Positions 57,076 to 64,000 of a stretch of 64,000 bases of DNA are shown in pieces. Under the pieces are notes generated by a model, which was not told where the DNA came from, made no database searches, and was given only the letters and a program-made list of their open reading frames with translations. Positions within the stretch are counted from its first letter, which is position 1, and the number at the start of each line of letters is the position of its first letter. This DNA is from an uncultured Planctomycetales bacterium (GTDB lineage Bacteria; Omnitrophota; Gorgyraeia; Zapsychrales; Zapsychraceae), in the NCBI GenBank assembly GCA_964535935.1, contig CAZHWM010000012.1:1232-65231 (forward strand), in the 5' to 3' direction. The translations under genes were made by a program, and so were the position numbers.

Positions 57076-59784
57076 ATGAAGACTGACAGCCATCGAATAA
57101 AGTTTAGGCATATCTTTAAGGTATTCTCGGAGATAGCAAAACGTTTTTCCAATAAAACGGCTATTATTCTCACAAAACGTGGATATGGCTGCATATCTAA
57201 TTTAAGTTATGCTACTCTTTACAATAATTCCCTTAAAATAGCGTCTTTTTTAAAACATAAAGGGATAAATCCACAAGATAAGATTGCTATTATTTTAGAA
57301 GATCAACTTGAATATGCTGAGGTATTTTTCTCAGTCATGGCAGTTGATGGTGTAGCTGTAGCTTTTGATGTCCAATTACCTTCATCACAACTGGGAGAAT
57401 TATTGCATCATGCAGAAATAAGATATGTAATTACTACGAAAAATCTTAAAAATAGGATAATAAATGTTATAGATACAAAAAAATTAATTGTGTTAGATGA
57501 TGAACATACGCGTGATGAAATAGCAGAATCTATACCTTTGAGTGAAAATGAGTATGGTCAGAATACTGGTGATGAGGCAGTTATCTTTTATACCTCAGGT
57601 TCGACTGATACTCCAAAGGCAGTTGTATTAACTCATACTAATTTATTAGCTAATTTTAATTCTATTCTACAACTAAATTTGGTAGGAAAGGACGATGTTG
57701 TCTTATCTATTCTCCCTCTACACCATGCCTTTGCCTTCACCACGACATTTTTATCACCATTAATGATAGGAGCTACAGTAGCATATCCTAACAGTATCGC
57801 TTCTGCAGACCTTCTATATTGTATGCAAACCGCACATATTACCGTATTTGTAGGAGTACCCCAAATTTTTTCTATCATACATAAATTTATTTCAAGGAAA
57901 TTTGATACGTTATCGATAATTACTAGAGGTATGTTGTCATTATTATCCAGTATCTTTTTTAAGATACGTATATATACAGGTTTTAATTTAAATAAACTAT
58001 TGTTTAAAAGGATACATGTCTCTTTTGGCAGTCGTCTTCGTTTTATGGTTTCCGGTGGGGCTAGGTTAGATACTGACATGGCTTATGATTTTATGAAATG
58101 GGGCTTTACTATATTAGAAGGATATGGTTTAACAGAAACCTCCCCTGTAGTTACATTTAATCCAATTAGCAAACCTAAAATAGGTTCTGTTGGGAAGCCT
58201 TTACCTAATGTGCAAGTAAAAATTGTTGAGAAGGACAACGATGGGATAGGAGAGATAATTGTTAAAGGCGACAACGTTATGAAGGGATATTATAAATTAC
58301 CAGAAGCTACGAGTGAAGTTATAAAAAAAGGATGGTTTTTTACAGGAGATTTAGGATATTTAGATGAAGATAATTATCTTTATATTACTGGAAGAAAGAA
58401 TGATATGATTGTTTTAAGCTCGGGAAAGAATATTAATCCTGAGGAAATAGAGACATATTATGAAAAGAATCCTTTTATAAAAGAAATTTGCATATTGTCC
58501 TTTACATCAAGCAGGCTTAAAGGGGTGGACAGTCTGTCGGCAATAATAGTAATAGATGAGGAGGAATTCAAACGTAATAATGAGACAAGAATTCAAGAAA
58601 AAATAAAATGGGAATTGGATACTATGGCAGCAGGGTTGCCTAGTTATAAACGTATTAAGCGTTTTGTAATAAGCAAGACACCATTGCCAAGGACAAGATT
58701 AGGTAAGATTATGCGTTATAAGGCTAAAGAATTGTTCGAGCAGCTTAGTAATTTATCTGTCTCTGATAAAAGTCAAGAAGGGCAATGCGAAAAGATAGAT
58801 ATATATTATGAGGATGTATATAATATAGGGGTGTCTTTTATAGAAAATACTTTGAAAAGAAAGGTTTCTGCTTCTGATCATTTAGAACTTGACTTAGGCC
58901 TTGATTCTTTGGAAAGAATAGAGCTACTCTTAAATTTACAAGAACGGCTTAATTTAAAGTTGTCGGACGAGTCTGCTATGGATTTTTTTATGTGTAATAC
59001 AATAGGTGAACTGACCGAACAATTGAAAAGACATGTAGATGCTATTAAAGAAAAGAACACTAAAGTCAGTTCTATTCAATGGTCTGATGTTCTTAATGAA
59101 GATTTGCAGCCAGAGACATCAAAGAAGATATGTCTTAGTCCTAGTTTATACGATAAGATAATCAATATACCTTTTATACTATTGTTTAAACTTTTTTTTC
59201 GAATTTTTTATTTGTTAAGAACAGAAGGAAGGGAATCTCTGAAGAATATATCAGCCTGTATTATTACGCCCAATCATACTAGTTATTTGGATGGGCTTTT
59301 TATTTTAAGTGCATTGCCTATAAAGGTTATATTTAATACGTATTTTGTGGGATTTGCCAATATACTAGAGTCGCCTATTTTGAAACCCTTTGTCAGGACG
59401 GCACGGCTTATTCCAATCAACGCTAATTTTAACCCTACGGAGGCACTTAAGGCATGTGCTTATCTTTTAAGGCATTCTAAGATTATTTGTTATTTCCCTG
59501 AAGGACATCGTTCTATTGATGGAAGAGTTAACGAATTTAAGAAAGGGATAGGAATCTTGATTAAAGAATTAAATGCATCTGCTCTTCCTGTTTATATAGA
59601 AGGAGCATTCGGGACATGGTCCAGGGGACAGAAGTTTCCCCGGTTAAAACCTGTTAAGGTAAAATTTGGTAAGCCCATATCCGCAACTCATCTGTATTCT
59701 CACCATGATAAATTTGATGGAGATGTGTATGAAGTTATTGCCGAAAATCTTAGACAAAAACTAATAGAGATTAGCAACAAATAG
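57076..59784 (+). CDS. Tri-domain fusion: fatty acyl-AMP/CoA ligase, acyl-carrier domain and PlsC-family acyltransferase
   Basis: AMP-binding motifs IFYTSGSTDTPKAVVLTH, GYGLTET, TGDLGYLDEDNYLYITGRKND. Carrier motif LDLGLDSLERIELL. Acyltransferase HX4D (NHTSYLDG) and FPEGHRS. Confidence 0.85.
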   Translation: MKTDSHRIKFRHIFKVFSEIAKRFSNKTAIILTKRGYGCISNLSYATLYNNSLKIASFLKHKGINPQDKIAIILEDQLEYAEVFFSVMAVDGVAVAFDVQLPSSQLGELLHHAEIRYVITTKNLKNRIINVIDTKKLIVLDDEHTRDEIAESIPLSENEYGQNTGDEAVIFYTSGSTDTPKAVVLTHTNLLANFNSILQLNLVGKDDVVLSILPLHHAFAFTTTFLSPLMIGATVAYPNSIASADLLYCMQTAHITVFVGVPQIFSIIHKFISRKFDTLSIITRGMLSLLSSIFFKIRIYTGFNLNKLLFKRIHVSFGSRLRFMVSGGARLDTDMAYDFMKWGFTILEGYGLTETSPVVTFNPISKPKIGSVGKPLPNVQVKIVEKDNDGIGEIIVKGDNVMKGYYKLPEATSEVIKKGWFFTGDLGYLDEDNYLYITGRKNDMIVLSSGKNINPEEIETYYEKNPFIKEICILSFTSSRLKGVDSLSAIIVIDEEEFKRNNETRIQEKIKWELDTMAAGLPSYKRIKRFVISKTPLPRTRLGKIMRYKAKELFEQLSNLSVSDKSQEGQCEKIDIYYEDVYNIGVSFIENTLKRKVSASDHLELDLGLDSLERIELLLNLQERLNLKLSDESAMDFFMCNTIGELTEQLKRHVDAIKEKNTKVSSIQWSDVLNEDLQPETSKKICLSPSLYDKIINIPFILLFKLFFRIFYLLRTEGRESLKNISACIITPNHTSYLDGLFILSALPIKVIFNTYFVGFANILESPILKPFVRTARLIPINANFNPTEALKACAYLLRHSKIICYFPEGHRSIDGRVNEFKKGIGILIKELNASALPVYIEGAFGTWSRGQKFPRLKPVKVKFGKPISATHLYSHHDKFDGDVYEVIAENLRQKLIEISNK

Positions 59785-59939
59785 AGGGGGTAACTTAGTT
59801 TTTCTCGTCTAATATTTAACCTCTTTATAGTTGACACCCCTATATTTACTATGATAAGATTTAGTTCCTCATAGGAATAATAGAGGGGAATTAAAAGGGA
59901 TGTTGGAGATAATACTCCAATTAAAGAGAAGGGGAGAGT

Positions 59940-60812
59940 ATGAAAAAAAATATTGTGACAAAACCTAATATAGGAGCCGTAGCCCTGTTAAAAGAATCGA
60001 TAACTGTTTTCTTTGAACATAAAGAGATTTTATTCCCCTTTTGTATAACGGCCTTTATTCAGCTTCTTTTTTTAGAAATATTATATTTTTATCCTCGCTA
60101 TCCCCTTAATATATTTTTTGGTCCATTAATACGAAGGAAGTCTGAATTGTATATGCATTATCCTTTTAATTTTATATACTTACCCGAATTATATCAATAT
60201 GTGCAAATATTTGTATATATCTTTATTAGTGTGTATTTTGTTGGAGTAGCAGTCTCGATTATTCAATCTATAAATAGAGGAGAAAAAATACAAATAAAAC
60301 AGGCCTTCCAAAGAGCTTCTTCCGTATATGTACATTTAGTACTTAATTCTTTGTTGGCCTTTGGTTTAGTTATGTGGTTATTTCGTTTAACAAAATTATT
60401 GATTCTACGCGCAATGCAGATACGTTCGACAACGGGGATATTTTTTATATTAAAAAAATCAGTTATTTTAGGAGCACCTTATCTCAATCTTATCTTTAGT
60501 ATCCTTGTTACTGTTCTTTTTCTTTATGTAATTCCTATTATTATTATAGAACAGAAAAAAATATTTTCTGCTCTATATATAAATTTTAAACTGTTATTTC
60601 GTTCTTTGAGGCTTAGTTTTGTAGTAGTTCTTATGCCCACATTGATTTATGTTCCTGTATTAATGCTTCGGGGTATACTTGATAGTGGAATATTCCCTCC
60701 TGAGATGAGGGTTATTATTATGGTGCTTGGTATAATGCTAACTATTTTTATTGATGCAACGATATATACATCATCCACTATTTTTTATCTTATAAACAAG
60801 GAAAAATCATGA
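59940..60812 (+). CDS. Polytopic membrane protein, function unknown
   Basis: About 6 TM helices, no motif I recognise. ATGA overlap with the downstream TPR gene. Confidence 0.6.
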   Translation: MKKNIVTKPNIGAVALLKESITVFFEHKEILFPFCITAFIQLLFLEILYFYPRYPLNIFFGPLIRRKSELYMHYPFNFIYLPELYQYVQIFVYIFISVYFVGVAVSIIQSINRGEKIQIKQAFQRASSVYVHLVLNSLLAFGLVMWLFRLTKLLILRAMQIRSTTGIFFILKKSVILGAPYLNLIFSILVTVLFLYVIPIIIIEQKKIFSALYINFKLLFRSLRLSFVVVLMPTLIYVPVLMLRGILDSGIFPPEMRVIIMVLGIMLTIFIDATIYTSSTIFYLINKEKS

Positions 60813-61741
60813 AAAAGACAATTCTTATTTTCATTATCATTTTAATTACTGTATTTTGTATACTAACCTTTTTGGATTATAAGGGCCGATACATTGCGGA
60901 GAGAAATCTGTGGCATATTAACAAAAAATTGGAAGAAATTGTAAAAGACCCTAAAGCGGTTCCTGATACTGCTTTTTATAAGGTTGTTAGAGAATATGAA
61001 GATTTTATAAAGGAATTTCCAAACTCAGAATTAGTTCCTATAGCAGATATGTTATTAGCCCGGGCCTATATTGCAAAAAAAGATTATGAGCAGGCTAGGA
61101 GTATACTTTTTCAACTAATAAAAAAATATCCGAATAATTCAAAAGTAGAAATTAGGGCATTGGCAGAAATAGCTAATATTTATGCAATGGAGAATAAATG
61201 GAATAAGGTTATTAATACTTATGATGTTGTATTGAGAAAATATCCTTATACGCCTTTAGGAATGAGGATTCCTATGATGAAGGCTGAAGTATATATAAAA
61301 AAGAATAATAAAGAAAAGGCAAAAGAGCAAATAAAGAATGCAATCAAATATTACAGTAACATAGTAAATAAGAAACAGAATACGGTAGTAGGGTTAAATG
61401 CTATGTTGTTAATTGCTTCATGCCATGAGTCTTTGGGGGATAATCAGGAAACAATTAATACATTAGAAGAAACTTTTAATAAATTTGCGGACTCAGGTTT
61501 ACTGACTCCTAACATGGTTATAGGAATAGTAAGGCATATCAATACAATTTCATTAGCCAAGATGGGCAATCTTGATATTGCCATTAATGTTTATAACAGA
61601 TTTATAAAAAAGCATCCTAATCATCCTTTTAATAAAATTTTTTCTGAGATTATTGGCCAACTTAAACACATAGAAAAACAATTAAATAAAAAGCAATCTT
61701 CAAAGACAAAGACTAAGGTAGAGGCAGGCGTTACGAAATGA
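60809..61741 (+). CDS. Membrane-anchored TPR-repeat protein
   Basis: N-terminal anchor helix, then TPR/YbgF-like repeats (LLARAYIAKKDYEQARSILFQLIKKYPN..). ATGA overlaps on both sides. Confidence 0.7.
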   Translation: MKKTILIFIIILITVFCILTFLDYKGRYIAERNLWHINKKLEEIVKDPKAVPDTAFYKVVREYEDFIKEFPNSELVPIADMLLARAYIAKKDYEQARSILFQLIKKYPNNSKVEIRALAEIANIYAMENKWNKVINTYDVVLRKYPYTPLGMRIPMMKAEVYIKKNNKEKAKEQIKNAIKYYSNIVNKKQNTVVGLNAMLLIASCHESLGDNQETINTLEETFNKFADSGLLTPNMVIGIVRHINTISLAKMGNLDIAINVYNRFIKKHPNHPFNKIFSEIIGQLKHIEKQLNKKQSSKTKTKVEAGVTK

Positions 61742-63060
61742 GCGTAAAACAAGAATCTATTTTAAGCGATTTATCCCAGAAGGAATTATTTAAAAAAATA
61801 GGGGACATATGTGCGGTAGTAAATACTGTTATTACAGCGAAAGATCTTTTGGAAATATCTCTGCGCAAGACCTTGGATTTATTTGGAGCCACACGCGGTT
61901 CCATTTTTATAGTTAATAAAAATGGAGTAGATCTGATATTAAAAGCGGCAGTTGGGATGAAAAGAGGAGAAAAAGAACAGATGGTGAAGCGAATGGGGGA
62001 GGGGATAGTAGGCAAGGTTGCCCAATTTAAAAGTCCTATATATGTAAATGATATATCACAAGACCATCGTTTCCGTAATTTTAAGGCAAGGGGTAGCTAT
62101 AATACTCCTTCGTTCATATGCTCTCCTTTACTGCTTAAGGATCAACTTATAGGAGTAATTAATATAACAGATAAAGAATCTGGGCAGTTATTTAATGAGA
62201 GTGATTTACAATTATTAGACTTTCTTTCTAGTCAGATAGCATTAAATTATCGGAGGATACAACTTTATCAAAAATTAAAAAAAACTATAAAAGAAACCCG
62301 CAATTTAAAAGACAGGTTGGGACAAAGTGATCAAGAAACAGCTAATCTTAAAAAACAGATAGTAATCAATGAGCGGCTTGCAACAATTGGGAAACTTGCA
62401 GGTGGGATAGCTCATGAATTTAACAATCCTTTAGATGGAGTAATGCGGTATACAAATTTATGTCTTGAACATGTCAACGAAGATGACGTTGTCCGGGGAT
62501 ATCTTTTAGAAATAAAGCATGGACTTCATCGTATGGCCAAGATAGTTAAAAATTTGCTTGATTGTTCACATGGAGGATTCGCTATTAATAAGGAAAAAAT
62601 AGACTGTGTAAAAGTCATAGAGAGAGCTATTGCATCTATGCAAACAGAGATATCTCATAAGAATATTAAAATCATAAAAGATATCGATAAAGAGTTACCT
62701 TTAATATTAGACCTTGGCTTGGAAAGGATAATTTTGAATCTTATACGTAATGCTGTTGAGGCAACATATGATAAAGGAGAAATAACGGTATCAGCTACAA
62801 GTAAAGATAATATGTTGATATTAGAAGTTAAAGATACTGGTTGTGGAATACCATCTGATAAAATTGAGCAAATATTCGAACCATTTTTTACAACTAAAGA
62901 TATAGAAAAAGGATGTGGGTTAGGTTTAACAATAGTAGGCGAAATAGTAAAAAGTTATGATGGAAAAATCAATGTAGAAAGCACCCCTGGGAAGGGGACC
63001 CAATTTACTGTTGTGTTGCCTATACAACAACAGGAAAAGATATCTATTTCATACAGATAA
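61738..63060 (+). CDS. Soluble GAF-domain sensor histidine kinase (PrsK-like core)
   Basis: GAF (TRGSIFIVNKNG..GIVGKVAQFKSPIYVNDI..LIGVINITDK), H-box GGIAHEFNNPL, N box LIRNAVEA, G boxes DTGCGI and GLGLTIV. No TM segment. Confidence 0.85.
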   Translation: MSVKQESILSDLSQKELFKKIGDICAVVNTVITAKDLLEISLRKTLDLFGATRGSIFIVNKNGVDLILKAAVGMKRGEKEQMVKRMGEGIVGKVAQFKSPIYVNDISQDHRFRNFKARGSYNTPSFICSPLLLKDQLIGVINITDKESGQLFNESDLQLLDFLSSQIALNYRRIQLYQKLKKTIKETRNLKDRLGQSDQETANLKKQIVINERLATIGKLAGGIAHEFNNPLDGVMRYTNLCLEHVNEDDVVRGYLLEIKHGLHRMAKIVKNLLDCSHGGFAINKEKIDCVKVIERAIASMQTEISHKNIKIIKDIDKELPLILDLGLERIILNLIRNAVEATYDKGEITVSATSKDNMLILEVKDTGCGIPSDKIEQIFEPFFTTKDIEKGCGLGLTIVGEIVKSYDGKINVESTPGKGTQFTVVLPIQQQEKISISYR

Positions 63061-63092
63061 ACTAAATTATTTTTTTATATTAATTAAGAGCT

Positions 63093-64000
63093 ATGATAGT
63101 TCCAGATAAGAAAAATTATTTAATACTTGTTGTAGATGATGAGCCGTTGATACGGGAGTCTCTTTATGAAATTTTGAAAATAGAAGGATATCGTGTAGAA
63201 ATGGCATCTAGTGGTGAAGAGGCCTTGGAGGTTATTAAGAAAGAGAAAGTAGATATAGTCTTAACAGATATGAAACTCCCATACATGAGTGGGATTACGC
63301 TTTTATCAGAGACAAAAAAAATTGCTCCAGAGACAGAGGTTATTTTAATAACTGGTTATGGGTCGATAGAAACAGCAGTGGATGCAATGAAAAAGGGAGC
63401 CTATGATTATGTTACTAAGCCTATAAATGATAATGAGATAAAAAGTCTCATTAATAAGATTGTAGAAAAGGCCTATATCCTTGAAGAAAATAGAGTATTG
63501 AAGGAGCTGATTGCCCGGGAAAATAGGAGTTCATATTGTAATATGATAGGGGCAAGTCCTAAAATGCAAAAGGTTTATCATATTATTGATTCTGTGGCTA
63601 GTACTAATGCTACAATATTAATAACTGGAGAGAGTGGGACAGGAAAAGGCTTAACTGCAAGGGCTATCCATGAGATGGATAGGAATCGGAAAGATAAACC
63701 TTTTGTAGAAGTGAGCTGTGGGGCGATTTCTGAAACTTTATTAGAAAGTGAACTTTTTGGGCATGTAAAAGGTGCATATACAGGAGCTATAAAAGATAAG
63801 GAAGGAAGATTTGAATATGCTAAAGGAGGGACTATATTCCTTGATGAGATAGATGCCTTTTCTCTTGGATTACAAGTTAAATTATTAAGGGTATTACAAG
63901 ATGGAGTATTTGAACGTGTGGGAGATAATATAACACGTAAAACAGATGCAAGGATTATTGTAGCTACGAATCGGAATTTACTCGAGCTCGTAGAAAAAGG
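63093..64000 (+). CDS. Sigma-54-dependent response regulator (NtrC family, PrsR-like); the 3' end is beyond the window
   Basis: Not in the ORF track because it has no stop in the window. My translation gives REC (LILVVDDEP..VDIVLTDMKLP), AAA+ Walker A GESGTGKG, the sigma-54 contact loop GAYTGA (GAFTGA type) and Walker B IFLDEID. Confidence 0.85.
   Translation, partial: MIVPDKKNYLILVVDDEPLIRESLYEILKIEGYRVEMASSGEEALEVIKKEKVDIVLTDMKLPYMSGITLLSETKKIAPETEVILITGYGSIETAVDAMKKGAYDYVTKPINDNEIKSLINKIVEKAYILEENRVLKELIARENRSSYCNMIGASPKMQKVYHIIDSVASTNATILITGESGTGKGLTARAIHEMDRNRKDKPFVEVSCGAISETLLESELFGHVKGAYTGAIKDKEGRFEYAKGGTIFLDEIDAFSLGLQVKLLRVLQDGVFERVGDNITRKTDARIIVATNRNLLELVEK

Noticed and set aside
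59940-60812. Polytopic membrane protein considered as the missing exosortase
   Set aside because: I could not recognise the exosortase-type arrangement (8 TM with conserved Cys/Arg/His). The sequence has only one Cys and looks like a generic 6-TM protein.

Overview
AT-rich bacterial chromosome segment (by eye about one-third G+C, not computed). It is probably from a diderm: it encodes beta-barrel OMPs, an OPX/Wza-type exporter and a PEP-CTERM protein. Every credible gene, about 58 CDS plus 2 tRNAs, is on the + strand. I saw no CRISPR array, IS element, rRNA or prophage. The window has three blocks. (i) 1-21.2 kb is a Wzx/Wzy-type exopolysaccharide locus. It holds a flippase, a TagF-like enzyme, 2 GT2 and 5 GT4 glycosyltransferases, an acetyltransferase, a Wzy/O-antigen-ligase-like protein, a metallophosphoesterase, a membrane-anchored glycoside hydrolase, a deacetylase, a beta-barrel OMP, a priming phosphoglycosyl transferase, a short OPX protein and a Wzc-like co-polymerase. 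(ii) 21.3-45.1 kb is housekeeping: ldh, tgt, trmD, rplS, rnhB, yraN, folD, polA, glgA, coaE, rho, rpmE, prfA, prmC, murA, cstA, yggS, glgX. (iii) 45.2-64 kb is an accessory and signalling block. It starts with a lone PEP-CTERM protein behind a near-consensus sigma-54 promoter, then a DUF2294 gene, GTP-PEPCK and a CBM48 gene with a thioredoxin/DsbD-like membrane fusion. It continues with tRNA-Arg(ACG), a PAS kinase, tadA, tRNA-Ser(GCU) and a PAS-GAF-GGDEF protein. It ends with an operon encoding a FeeM-type N-acyl amino acid synthase and a fused acyl-AMP ligase/carrier/PlsC acyltransferase, followed by membrane protein, TPR, GAF histidine kinase and sigma-54 activator genes. The best candidate for an under-described system is this exosortase-type ensemble, made up of the aminolipid-like module, its PrsK/PrsR-like regulators, the sigma-54-driven PEP-CTERM cargo and the EPS locus. 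No exosortase gene lies inside the window. All family assignments rest on motifs read by eye; no searches were run.
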